From a virus: a stretch of DNA of 48,217 nucleotides. Shown piece by piece: positions 17,978 to 26,894 of the stretch. The notes beneath the pieces are model-generated. The model did not search any database, was not told the origin of the DNA, and saw only the letters and a program-made list of their open reading frames with translations. A program made the position numbers and the translations under genes. The stretch covers positions 1 to 48,217 of the IMG/VR virus record IMGVR_UViG_3300036859_000196; one strand, 5' to 3'. Each line of letters begins with the position of its first letter. Positions within the stretch are counted from its first letter, which is position 1.

Positions 17978-19642
17978 ATGATCTTCACCAAGCTAGGCGC
18001 CGAGATCTGGCGCGACTTCGTCACGGCCGGCGTGCCCGGTTCGGGCGCGCACGATATCGCCAAGGCCGATGTTCGCCAATGGATGGAAGCCGTCGAGTCC
18101 GCGCTCGGCGCCGGCCTCCTCATGACCACCACGCCGCTCGACACCGATGCGATAAGCGCTTTCTTCGCATCCTATGAATGCCTCGGCGCCACGAAGTTTC
18201 AGCTGATCCAGGCGGAAGATCAATCCGACCTGGATGACAGCGGCATGCGTGACTTGATGTTCGTGGAGCACCAGGACGAGGACCTCGTAGACTACACGTC
18301 GGCGCTCACCGACCCCAGCGATCGCAAAGTCTCGAACGCGCTGCGCGTCTTTATGACGGGCAAGAATACCGCTGGCTCTTACGCGAACGATCAGTTCAAA
18401 GACTTGCATGCCGGCTGGTTTGCCGCCATTGGCCGCACCCGCGGCCTGCGGGGCGTCTCAGGTCTGCTCTCCAACTCGATACAATACAGCGACGGCGTGG
18501 GCGGGAACGAATGCCGCGTCGAGCAGCCGGCCGCGGCCTCTTTGCAGAGCACCCAACTCTTCGGCTGGCTGATCACGTTGAACGCCCGCAAGGGGGATGC
18601 CGACGGTTCACACTTCGTGCGCGCGCTGGAGATCCAGAACGCCGGCAAGCTGGCAACGGCGGCGATGGAGGTCTTCACGCTTAGCGGCTTCGGCGAGGCG
18701 GGGACATGGCAGTACCTCCTCAAGGGCGATCAGGCGACCGTCACGACCGCTGCCATTCGCATGCCGGCTTCGGCGAGCGGCGATGTCGGCACGATCATTG
18801 AGTACGACAGCAACGACTATTCGTACTATGAGCGGGCATCGAACCATTTTCATTGGATCATCGGCGGAGCAGATGCGGCCGAGCTGACGGCGGGCGGCTT
18901 CAACATCTCAGGCGGCTTGCGCGTCGGCTTCGGCGTTGGCACATCGCCGACAGCTGATCGGGTCGAGATTGCCGATGCAAATTTTGCACTGGATATTGCT
19001 GCCGGAGGAGCCGCCGCGCAACCTGGGGTAATTTTCGACAGTGGCGATACTCTTATTTTCATCAGAGCGTCTAATGAGTTCCGCTTCCGCATAGGTGGCA
19101 GCTCAGCATTCGTTCTGCAGTCCGGTGCCATCTTGCCGCCGACTAACGACACCGTTGCCTTGGGGCTTGCGGCAACGTCCTTTTCCGACCTGTTTCTGGC
19201 ATCCGGCGCCGTCATCGGCTATGCCAACGGCGACTACAGCCTCACGCATTCCAGCGGCCTGCTGACCGCGAGCGGCGCGTTCAAATCCGCCCACGCGACG
19301 GGCGGCATTGGTTATGCGACCGGCGCAGGCGGGACCGTCACGCAGACGACGAACAAGGCGACCGGCGTCAGTCTCAACAAGGTGGTCGGGCAGATCACCA
19401 TGGACGCCGCGGCGCTTGCGGCCAACACGACTGTTGCCTTCACGCTCACCAATTCGGCCATCGCAGCAACCGACTTGGTGAGTGTCGCGCATAGCTCCGC
19501 CGGTACTGCGGGGGCCTATCAGGTATGGGTAACGACGCTGGCGGCCGGATCGTGCGTGATCCAGGTGCGCAACATCACGGCGGGTTCACTGAGCGAGGCA
19601 ATCGTCCTGAGCTTCGCCGTGCTCAAGGGCGTTACTTCCTGA
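17978..19642 (+). CDS. Tail fibre protein 2
   Basis: 554 aa; N-terminal FTKLGAEIWRDFVTAGVPGSGAHD; Gly/Ala/Thr-rich C-terminal region. Confidence 0.55.
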   Translation: MIFTKLGAEIWRDFVTAGVPGSGAHDIAKADVRQWMEAVESALGAGLLMTTTPLDTDAISAFFASYECLGATKFQLIQAEDQSDLDDSGMRDLMFVEHQDEDLVDYTSALTDPSDRKVSNALRVFMTGKNTAGSYANDQFKDLHAGWFAAIGRTRGLRGVSGLLSNSIQYSDGVGGNECRVEQPAAASLQSTQLFGWLITLNARKGDADGSHFVRALEIQNAGKLATAAMEVFTLSGFGEAGTWQYLLKGDQATVTTAAIRMPASASGDVGTIIEYDSNDYSYYERASNHFHWIIGGADAAELTAGGFNISGGLRVGFGVGTSPTADRVEIADANFALDIAAGGAAAQPGVIFDSGDTLIFIRASNEFRFRIGGSSAFVLQSGAILPPTNDTVALGLAATSFSDLFLASGAVIGYANGDYSLTHSSGLLTASGAFKSAHATGGIGYATGAGGTVTQTTNKATGVSLNKVVGQITMDAAALAANTTVAFTLTNSAIAATDLVSVAHSSAGTAGAYQVWVTTLAAGSCVIQVRNITAGSLSEAIVLSFAVLKGVTS

Positions 19643-19839
19643 GCAGATAATCCGTAGGTTCATCGCCAGCTATGCGCCGGAACTCTGCTTCAGCCTCACG
19701 AACCGCTTTCCTCTGTTCTCGAGTTCCGTACCACGCCCCTGTCGGTCGGCGCCAAGGCTTACGCCGCAAGAGCGCAGCCGCGCCAACCGAAAGAAACACA
19801 GTCCACACGGTCGCGCCAGACCACCACAAGAACGAGTCA

Positions 19840-20037
19840 ATGACCATGACCCCTGACCTCCAGAAACTCCAGGACATGCTCGGCGCCATGCAGCAGCAGC
19901 GCGACCAGGCGCTGAACTCCGTGGTGCTCGCTTATGCTGAGATCGCGGCGCTGAAGCGCACGGTAGCGGAGCAGGGTTTGCGGATCAAGGAGCTGGAGGC
20001 CACAGCGCTTCCTAAAACGGAAGGCGTCGCTCCATGA
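19840..20037 (+). CDS. Small coiled-coil protein
   Basis: ATG 19840 inside ORF 19672..20037; stop overlaps endolysin ATG. Confidence 0.35.
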   Translation: MTMTPDLQKLQDMLGAMQQQRDQALNSVVLAYAEIAALKRTVAEQGLRIKELEATALPKTEGVAP

Positions 20038-20888
20038 CTGACCGCTTCCCAGCGTGTCTGGCCGAGACCCTGCGCCACGAGGGTGGCTGGAGTGAGGTTC
20101 GTGAGGACCCCGGCGGAGCCACCATGAAGGGCGTCACCATCGCGGTGTACGCCGGCTATATTGGCATCCCGCTCACGCCAGCCACGACGCCGTCTCTCAA
20201 GGCGCGCCTGCGCAACATCACTGACGCCGAGCTCAAGGCGATCTACGGCAAGAACTACTGGGGCGCGGCGCGCTGTGGTGAGATGCCGGTCGGTGTAGAC
20301 CTCGCCGTCTTCGACGTGGCGGTGAACAGCGGCGTCGGCCGCGCCGCGAAGCTCCTGCAGAAGGTGGTCGGCGCCACCCAGGACGGACACATCGGAGCCG
20401 CAACACTGGCCGCGGTCAAGCGCGCAGATCCCCCTTCTGTCGTGCGCAATCTGATGGCGGAGCGGCGTGCGTTCCTGCGCCGCCTGCCCACGTTCTGGCG
20501 CTTCGGCACGGGCTGGATGCGCCGTTGCGATGCCATCGAAGCCGCGGCGATCGCGGCGAGCGGACCGGCAGGTCTCGACGACACCATAACCGTCGTCACC
20601 GCCCCTGCGCCGCTGCCGGATGCTGACGCGCAGTCAGCAACTCAGGGCCGCGCTGTGGCGCCCGACCCGAAGCCGCCGGTCGCCACCGAGGTCACGCTCG
20701 CCGCCACCGGCATCGCCACGAACATCGGCGGGTGGGCCAACGGCTTCGCCAAGGTCTACGGCATGCAGGGCAACCCGAATGTGTGGGCGATCGTTCTGGC
20801 GTTCCTGTCCGAGCCGCTGTTCCTCACCAGCATCGTCACGCTGGTGGGCGCGCTGATGACGTACCTGTGGAGGCGCAAGCACGCATGA
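20034..20888 (+). CDS. Endolysin: GH108 lysozyme + PG_binding_3 domains, C-terminal hydrophobic segment
   Basis: LRHEGGWSEVREDPGGATMKGVT (GH108-like); YWGAARCGEMPVGVDLAVFDVAVNSG (PG-binding); C-terminal VWAIVLAFLSEPLFLTSIVTLVGALMTYLW. Confidence 0.85.
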   Translation: MTDRFPACLAETLRHEGGWSEVREDPGGATMKGVTIAVYAGYIGIPLTPATTPSLKARLRNITDAELKAIYGKNYWGAARCGEMPVGVDLAVFDVAVNSGVGRAAKLLQKVVGATQDGHIGAATLAAVKRADPPSVVRNLMAERRAFLRRLPTFWRFGTGWMRRCDAIEAAAIAASGPAGLDDTITVVTAPAPLPDADAQSATQGRAVAPDPKPPVATEVTLAATGIATNIGGWANGFAKVYGMQGNPNVWAIVLAFLSEPLFLTSIVTLVGALMTYLWRRKHA

Positions 20889-21250
20889 TCGCGCTCCTCT
20901 CCGCCGCCTGGTGGGGGCAGAAGCTCTCCGGCATCGCCGCTCAGGCCGTCGGCATCGCCGTGGCCGTCGCCATCGTCATCGGCGGCGTCTGGTGGCTCCG
21001 GCACGACGCCCGCATGGATGAGCGCGCGACGTGGGAAGCCAGGCTCACGGCTGCGAAGCTCGCCGCCACACTGAAGGCGCGCGCCCGCGAGCGGCAATCC
21101 GAGGCCATCGGCAAGCAGCAAGCCGAGAATTGGGCGGCGTCGCTCGCCGCATCCGAGGCCGCGCGCCGCGACGCGGAGACCAGGCTGGAAGCCATGCGCG
21201 CCCGCATCATCGCGTACCCGAAAGAGATCGTCGAGGCCCTGAACCGATGA
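20885..21250 (+). CDS. Inner-membrane spanin (i-spanin-like)
   Basis: N-terminal transmembrane helix then Ala/Arg-rich coiled coil; ATGA overlaps on both sides. Confidence 0.55.
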   Translation: MIALLSAAWWGQKLSGIAAQAVGIAVAVAIVIGGVWWLRHDARMDERATWEARLTAAKLAATLKARARERQSEAIGKQQAENWAASLAASEAARRDAETRLEAMRARIIAYPKEIVEALNR

Positions 21251-21570
21251 CCCGCAACGCTCACCGCTCGGCACGGCGCCTTGTGCTGGCGATCGGCCTC
21301 GCCATCATGGCGCTGTCCCTCGTGCTCTTTCTGGCCGGCTGCGCCACGACCACGGCGGCCGACGGCCCGGTCTATGTAACGACCGCCGCGCCCGCAATCC
21401 CAGCGGAGTGCTCGGCGCGCTGCCCTGCGGAACCGAAGCTGCCTATCGAGGACATAACCGACATTGCCGCGGCGAAGGACCGCTCGGCCATGAAGACGGC
21501 GCTCCGGTGCGAGGCGCACTACCGCCGGACGTGCGCAGCGCGGCTCAAGGTGCTGCTGCCGCCCCTGTGA
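21247..21570 (+). CDS. Outer-membrane lipoprotein spanin (o-spanin-like)
   Basis: Signal peptide with lipobox LAGC; Pro- and Cys-containing mature region. Confidence 0.6.
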   Translation: MTRNAHRSARRLVLAIGLAIMALSLVLFLAGCATTTAADGPVYVTTAAPAIPAECSARCPAEPKLPIEDITDIAAAKDRSAMKTALRCEAHYRRTCAARLKVLLPPL

Positions 21571-21577
21571 GCAGTCA

Positions 21578-21901
21578 ATGGAGCATCAGGTCATGACCAT
21601 GCACTACCCCGAGAACGGGCGCGCCGGACCCCCGCATTGGCCACCGCCTGCGGCGCCCGACGGCGGCAGAATGCACGACATCAGGAAATTCGGGCTGCCG
21701 ATCGGCGTCCTGTCCGGCGCGGCGTTCGCCGTGTGGGCACTGGTTCAGATCAGCTACGCCGCGGGCGAGAACGTCGGCGCTTATAAGCATACGCTCATCA
21801 CGCTTCAGCGTGATGTCAACGAGCTGAAGGCCGACATGCGCGAGATCAAGGGCGTTCTGGCCCGGTTGGATCAGCGGTGGGCGGTAGAGGTGAGGAAATA
21901 G
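21578..21901 (+). CDS. Membrane protein, possible holin
   Basis: 107 aa, one predicted transmembrane segment, last gene of late operon. Confidence 0.3.
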   Translation: MEHQVMTMHYPENGRAGPPHWPPPAAPDGGRMHDIRKFGLPIGVLSGAAFAVWALVQISYAAGENVGAYKHTLITLQRDVNELKADMREIKGVLARLDQRWAVEVRK

Positions 21902-21904
21902 GCA

Positions 21905-22483
21905 TCACATAGGTGCGACCGAGCCCCGCCGGCCTTCGGGCTGGCGGTCGGGCGGCGCATCTCCAGGTCGCGGGCGGCCTGCATTCGGCCAATCTGCGGG
22001 ACGATGCCCGGCCAGGTACGCTTCTATGAGCTGGCGCTGCGGCGGCCTGATGCGGCGCTGGCCGGATTCCAGAGCGTAGCCGATTTGCCTGGTTGGCTTG
22101 TACCCGAGCACGCCAGCCATCTGGTCAAGGGTGAGGCCGAGCTGGTGCCGGGCCTGCCGGAAATACTCGCGAGCCTCGATCGCGTCTGCCGCGGCAGCAC
22201 CGTGCAATCCGGTCAGTGCGCGCACCTCCGTCAGCGTGGGTCGATCAAACTTGGACGTGCCTAGCACCACAAGGCCACGCTCGGGGAAGGGCCCCTCGCT
22301 GTCCTGATCCATGGCGCGGTGCGAGCCGTCGGCCATCAGCCGGTAGGACACCACGTCGCTATCTCGGTCATGGATGCTGCAGACGCCTATGCCTCTGACG
22401 GTGCACTCATCGGATGTGATGTAGAGGATTGTGCGGCCGTACCTGTCGAGAACCTGGTGCCAGGCGGTTGCTGACCGTGGCAT
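21905..22483 (-). CDS. XRE-family HTH regulator with N-terminal extension
   Basis: C-terminal GLTLDQMAGVLGY...GQRRIRPPQRQLIEAYLAGHRPADWP; paralogue of 25713..26006. Confidence 0.55.
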   Translation of the reverse strand: MPRSATAWHQVLDRYGRTILYITSDECTVRGIGVCSIHDRDSDVVSYRLMADGSHRAMDQDSEGPFPERGLVVLGTSKFDRPTLTEVRALTGLHGAAAADAIEAREYFRQARHQLGLTLDQMAGVLGYKPTRQIGYALESGQRRIRPPQRQLIEAYLAGHRPADWPNAGRPRPGDAPPDRQPEGRRGSVAPM

Positions 22484-22524
22484 GGTTGGGGTATCCTTCT
22501 TGTGTCGCCGCCCCGCACGGGACG

Positions 22525-22609
22525 GTGTTGGGTTGAAACAGAGTTACTGCCCAAACGGGCTCAGACAGTCTCCGCCCCCATGTGAGGGGTGGGTGTTGGG
22601 TTGAAACTC
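22525..22609. promoter_or_regulatory. Two direct copies of GGTGTTGGGTTGAAAC in the upstream region
   Basis: 16-bp exact repeats at 22525-22540 and 22594-22609, upstream of the minus-strand regulator. Confidence 0.35.
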
Positions 22610-22634
22610 ACTCTGATCACATACTGAGCAAAAC

Positions 22635-22662
22635 CCCAGCCTCGTGGTTGGGGTTTTGTGTT
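22635..22662 (-). terminator. Hairpin with T/U-run downstream of the minus-strand gene
   Basis: AAAACCCCAGCC..GGTTGGGGTTTT inverted repeat just after stop of 22664..23062. Confidence 0.3.
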
Positions 22663-22663
22663 G

Positions 22664-23062
22664 TCAGCGCCGGCCGCCGTGAAGCGCGATCTCGTCGTCG
22701 TGCTCGTCGTCGTAAGAGTTGCGGGCGCGCGGCTTGCGGTAGGCACCCTCGCGCTTCAGGCTCTCCTTGATGTGGCGGGACACCTCGGCTTTGTAGCCGT
22801 CCAGCAGCTCACGTACGCCAGCAAGGTGCTCTGCCGGCACGCCGATGCGGATGCCATCGGTGTACAGCTTGAGATGCGGACCGTCGGCATGTTGCTCGAT
22901 GAGGTCAACGCCGCAGCCGTACCGCCTGCCATTGAGTGTGATGCGCAGATCGTGGCAGGGCACCTTGACGTTATGGTCGATATCCAACTCGCGCTCGGTG
23001 ATGATTTGCAGCGACACATCGGCGCCGCGGGCGGTCTTGAAGCTGATCTGTTGCATCGTCAT
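22664..23062 (-). CDS. Hypothetical protein
   Basis: ATG 23062 with AGAGGGA RBS inside ORF 22664..23146. Confidence 0.5.
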   Translation of the reverse strand: MTMQQISFKTARGADVSLQIITERELDIDHNVKVPCHDLRITLNGRRYGCGVDLIEQHADGPHLKLYTDGIRIGVPAEHLAGVRELLDGYKAEVSRHIKESLKREGAYRKPRARNSYDDEHDDEIALHGGRR

Positions 23063-23218
23063 CGTCCCTCTATGTGTCTCGATGAGCTGACTATCGCTGA
23101 TTTGTGCATGTAACACAAGCGTATTACGTGATGCGCGGCATGTCAAGCCTTAAAGCGTACATTTCCGTTCCTTCGGGCTTGGGTTCGATGGTTCATCGGG
23201 GAATGGGGAATTATATAC

Positions 23219-23247
23219 TTGACGTACTGACCTTGAGCGTCTACATT
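23219..23247 (+). promoter_or_regulatory. Sigma70-like promoter inside the left inverted repeat
   Basis: TTGACG, 17-nt spacer, TACATT upstream of transposase start. Confidence 0.4.
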
Positions 23248-23275
23248 GGCGGTCATGAGATCAGGGGATGCCGCC

Positions 23276-24202
23276 ATGAACCTCACCAATTCGATTTTCC
23301 AGGACGCCGAGAAGGCCCGCGAGTTTCTTGAGGCTCAGCGTTGGCCGGATGGTCCCATTTGCCCCCACTGCGGCGTTATCGCTGACGCCACCAAACTCGC
23401 CGGCAAGAGCACGCGAGCTGGCGTCTACAAGTGCAAGTCTTGCGAGAAGCCTTTCACCGTCACGGTCGGCACCGTATTCGAGCGCTCAAAGATCCCACTC
23501 AACAAGTGGTTGCTGGCGACGTTTCTGCTCACGGCTTCCAAGAAGGGAATGAGCAGCCACCAGATCCACCGTAGTCTGGAGGTTACTTACAAGACCGCTT
23601 GGTTCATGACCCATCGCATCCGCGAGGCCATGCGTGACATCAATGCCGGCCCCATCGGTGGCGAGGGCGGCGACCTGGAGAGCGACGAAACTTACATCGG
23701 CGGCAAGGCCAAGAACGCCCACAAGGGCAAGCCCGAGCCGAAGAAGCATGCCGTGCATGCCCTTGTGGAGCGCGGCGGTCGTGTGCGCGCCACCCATGTC
23801 GCCGACGTGACCGCCAGGACGTTGCGCTCGGTCATGGAGAAGCACGCAGACAAGCGTTCTACGCTTCATACGGACGACGGCCTCACGGGCTTGTCCATTG
23901 GCAAGGACTTCGCCGGCAGCACAACCGTCAACCACAGCGCTGGCGAGTATCACCGCTACAAGGACGGCGCCGGCATCCAATCTGCCGAGAGCTTCTTTGC
24001 GATCCTGAAGCGGCAGGTCTACGGAACGCACCACGCGATCAGCGAGGCGCATCTGCAGCGCTATGTGACGGAAGCCACCTTCAAGTGGAACCACCGCATT
24101 GCGCTGGGCGTGGACGACACCGGCCGCGCCAAGGCTGCTCTCAAGTCCATCGGCGGCAAGCGTTTGACCTATGGGACGATTCGTGGAGCCCAGAACGCCT
24201 AA
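23276..24202 (+). CDS. IS1595-family transposase (ISXO2-like DDE)
   Basis: N-terminal zinc ribbon RWPDGPICPHCG...YKCKSCEKPFTVTVGTVFERSKIPLNKWL then LEVTYKTAWFMTHRIREAM. Confidence 0.85.
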   Translation: MNLTNSIFQDAEKAREFLEAQRWPDGPICPHCGVIADATKLAGKSTRAGVYKCKSCEKPFTVTVGTVFERSKIPLNKWLLATFLLTASKKGMSSHQIHRSLEVTYKTAWFMTHRIREAMRDINAGPIGGEGGDLESDETYIGGKAKNAHKGKPEPKKHAVHALVERGGRVRATHVADVTARTLRSVMEKHADKRSTLHTDDGLTGLSIGKDFAGSTTVNHSAGEYHRYKDGAGIQSAESFFAILKRQVYGTHHAISEAHLQRYVTEATFKWNHRIALGVDDTGRAKAALKSIGGKRLTYGTIRGAQNA

Positions 24203-24500
24203 GCAGAAAGATCGGCGGCGACGCTGCCGATAGTCCCGCTTATCGGCTGCCACCGAATCGTGTCATGAGCCCCATTGCGGCGTTTCTGAGCCAAACGACT
24301 GCGGGAACAATGGGGCTGAGCACGACGGGGATCGTAGCTACACGGACACCTAGATAGGACGCAAAGACAAGCCTTGCGAGGCGGTCTTTGGCGTCCTGCT
24401 CGTCGTGGGCGCGGATCTCGAACTGCCAGACCTTGCCACCGTGGTTGTAGCGGAACAGGTGCGTCTGCATATCGTCAACAACACCAAGAGGTGTGAACAC

Positions 24501-24663
24501 CATGTATGCCGAGATATGGAAGAGCGCGCTGAATGGCCTTTGGTACTGGCACATCCGCAGCGGCAACCATGAGATCGTGAGCCAGAGCGAGGGCTACACG
24601 ACTAAGACTGCAGCTCTCCACGGACTGCGGCTGATCTTCGACGGTCCTGCCTACGACCGCTAA
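24501..24663 (+). CDS. DUF1508 (YegP-like) small protein, IS passenger
   Basis: Hand-translated 53 aa MYAEIWKSALNGLWYWHIRSGNHEIVSQSEGYTTKTAALHGL...; AAGAGG RBS. Confidence 0.5.
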
Positions 24664-24701
24664 CCCAGGAGACAGGAGACCAAGGGGCTCGCTGGCGAGC
24701 A

Positions 24702-24920
24702 TCACCCCTTGGCTCCCTTCCCAGACGAACGGGGGTCGCGCTTCGGCGCGGCCCCTTTCGTTTTCTCTGCTTTATCGACCGGCTTATGCGGTTTGTGAGG
24801 CGTACTGAGCATGCGACGAATCGTGCGCTCAAACTGCTGAGCGTCAATCCCGCCTTTCGCCTCAGTATCTGCCGTACCACGCTTCGGCATCAGACTGTGA
24901 ACCACCTTCAATTTCGACAT
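24702..24920 (-). CDS. Small Lys-rich basic protein, IS passenger
   Basis: Internal Met MSKLKVVHSLMPKRG... of ORF 24702..25118. Confidence 0.3.
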   Translation of the reverse strand: MSKLKVVHSLMPKRGTADTEAKGGIDAQQFERTIRRMLSTPHKPHKPVDKAEKTKGAAPKRDPRSSGKGAKG

Positions 24921-25371
24921 CGATGCGCCCCCAAGAATCTGATGAGTCCAGGGGGGCACGGGGCGTGGGGCCGGCGTAGTGCGGCTGCTGGGCTTCCCAT
25001 CCGGGCGGCCGTGGGTGCAAATCCCACCGGCTCCAGCGCCCCGTGTATCGTCAACCGTTGCATGCAGCTCTGCTGCGTGCAAGCGGGCTATTTGTGCTCT
25101 GACTCGGTAAGCAAGCACTTAACGCCGCATGGCCTCAGTGGTTGCATCGCTCGTCCCCTCGCTTGCCAGCCCGCGCTTCGCGCCGGGCGGTCCCTACCAA
25201 GCTACCGGTTAGTCTCTAGAGCTACCGATGGTGCTTGACTGCCACGATTCGCGGTGGAAGCAAGAGCTTGAAAATTTCACGAATCACTTATTCCGCGAAC
25301 GTGGAATCGATTGGCAACAGTACGTCAAGTATATAATTCCCGGGGAATGGCTGGTGCCGGTACAGGCGGCG

Positions 25372-25701
25372 TCAATCTGCCGCTTGCGCCTCTATGGCGG
25401 CAAGAAAGCCGCCGAGCGCGGAGTATAGTGCGTAGCCGGCGGTCGGGCCTCCCGTAGCGAACCCCAGCCGATTATGGAGCGCACGTAGCCGCTCCAAGGC
25501 GTCTCTCGGGTACTCCGCCTCCCATCCGCCGTTGTAGAATGAGCGGACTGTCCGCACGTCGGTCCTAATGGACTTGCCGGTATAGCTCTGGTCGGGAAAC
25601 CCTGATCCCGTTGGTACCGGCGACACGTGGCTCAGCGTCTCTGTCACTGATGCGCACACGACCATGTAGTCGTGGCGCAGATTGTCGAATGTCGTTATCA
25701 T
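25372..25701 (-). CDS. Hypothetical protein
   Basis: 109-aa ORF directly downstream of HTH gene 25713..26006. Confidence 0.45.
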   Translation of the reverse strand: MITTFDNLRHDYMVVCASVTETLSHVSPVPTGSGFPDQSYTGKSIRTDVRTVRSFYNGGWEAEYPRDALERLRALHNRLGFATGGPTAGYALYSALGGFLAAIEAQAAD

Positions 25702-25712
25702 CGGCCTTTCTC

Positions 25713-26006
25713 CTATCTCTTGGCGGGCAACCTATCCCGCATTTTCTCCATGCACTCGGGGGCCGAAGCCGGCCGCAATGCTTTCGGGGTGCAGACAGCG
25801 AGCAGCTCCGGCCAATCCCCCGGGCGATAGCCGGCGAGGTATGCTGCGACTAGGCGGCGCTGTGCTGGTCTGATCCCACGACGGCCATTCTCCATGTGGT
25901 GTACCTGAGACTTGGCCTGCTCGCCCTCGTATCCCAGCATCATCGCCATCTGCTCAAAAGTAAGGCCCAGATCGCGCCGGGCCCGCTTGAATTCGTCGGG
26001 GGTCAT
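25713..26006 (-). CDS. XRE-family HTH regulator
   Basis: GLTFEQMAMMLGY...ENGRRGIRPAQRRLVAAYLAGYRPGDWP. Confidence 0.6.
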   Translation of the reverse strand: MTPDEFKRARRDLGLTFEQMAMMLGYEGEQAKSQVHHMENGRRGIRPAQRRLVAAYLAGYRPGDWPELLAVCTPKALRPASAPECMEKMRDRLPAKR

Positions 26007-26215
26007 GACTCAGCCGTAGCGGCGGGCCAGCGCGTTGCCCACTCCAGGTCGGGCAAGTCGCCGCTGTCGTCGAGCAGGAACGGCTGCATCGCGATTGTCG
26101 CCCGCGCCTTCACGAGGTCGCAGACGTTGTTGCCGTCGGCAAGCTCGTTGAGCACTTGGCACATGGCGTCTGCCAGTGCCTCAACGTGTGCTTCTGTCGG
26201 TCGCTGCATGCTCAT
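26003..26215 (-). CDS. Hypothetical protein
   Basis: 70-aa ORF, ATGA-coupled to neighbour. Confidence 0.4.
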   Translation of the reverse strand: MSMQRPTEAHVEALADAMCQVLNELADGNNVCDLVKARATIAMQPFLLDDSGDLPDLEWATRWPAATAES

Positions 26216-26265
26216 GGGGCGGGCTCCTTCGTGATGTGGGCGCTGATGATATCAAGGATGGTGGG

Positions 26266-26484
26266 TCATTCCGGCCTCCGAGCACTGGCGATAATGGCGT
26301 CAATCGCCCTGTCAAGCTGGTCGGCGAGATCATCGTTCCGCCCATCCGGGTCGTGCTCGGCCCAAGCAGCTACTGCCGACTCTATCTCACGCTCTACCCG
26401 TCGACGCTCGTCGGCGTCGACAATTGCGGCTACGCGGGCCTTGATTGCTTTCTGGTCGAAGCTGTTCAGATGCGAAATGTCCAT
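26266..26484 (-). CDS. Hypothetical acidic protein
   Basis: 72-aa ORF in minus-strand operon. Confidence 0.4.
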   Translation of the reverse strand: MDISHLNSFDQKAIKARVAAIVDADERRRVEREIESAVAAWAEHDPDGRNDDLADQLDRAIDAIIASARRPE

Positions 26485-26539
26485 TCCGGTTCTCCCTGCA
26501 AAAGAAAAATGGCCGCACCCCGAAGGATGCGGCCCGATC

Positions 26540-26800
26540 TCAGTGTGAGAAGCCCGTCTCCCAGCACCGGGAGCCGTCGCCGCGGGTCACATACTCGCCG
26601 CACTCGGGGCATCCGTAGCGGCGGCCCTTGCGGGCATTGCCGCTGGAGTGACTGTGATCCTCGCTGATCGAAACCAGGCTGAGGTCCACCCAGAATTCCT
26701 TGCTCCCGTCCCAGAATTGGAGCTTGGCCTTCTCCCCGAACTTGGTCTTGCCCGACCAAGCCAGCTTGTACTTGCGACCCTTGTAAGTAGCGACTTGCAT
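26540..26800 (-). CDS. Hypothetical protein with C-terminal zinc-ribbon-like CPEC...C motif
   Basis: 86-aa ORF, lower GC. Confidence 0.4.
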   Translation of the reverse strand: MQVATYKGRKYKLAWSGKTKFGEKAKLQFWDGSKEFWVDLSLVSISEDHSHSSGNARKGRRYGCPECGEYVTRGDGSRCWETGFSH

Positions 26801-26894
26801 TTTTGAACCCCTAGGAAGGAGCGGCTGACAATGATCAATATACTTTCGCGGTCACAGAAAGCCAAGGACGACGAACGGAGGGGCGCCGATCACA

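Larger units (their letters stand above)
23206..25341 (+). mobile_element. IS1595-family insertion sequence with ~1.1 kb passenger DNA
   Basis: Perfect 24-bp terminal inverted repeats GGGAATTATATACTTGACGTACTG at 23206-23229 / 25318-25341; 8-bp direct repeat GGGGAATG at 23198-23205 and 25342-25349. Confidence 0.7.

Noticed and set aside
19632-19889. Minus-strand 85-aa ORF with a hydrophobic segment, possible holin
   Set aside because: It overlaps the fibre gene end and conflicts with the plus-strand small ORF coupled to the endolysin; not excluded, but not preferred.
24240-24474. Minus-strand small ORF inside the IS passenger region
   Set aside because: No recognisable motif and weak RBS; it overlaps the leader of the better-supported DUF1508 ORF.
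25228-25428. Plus-strand 66-aa ORF
   Set aside because: It spans the right inverted repeat of the IS element and has low third-position GC.
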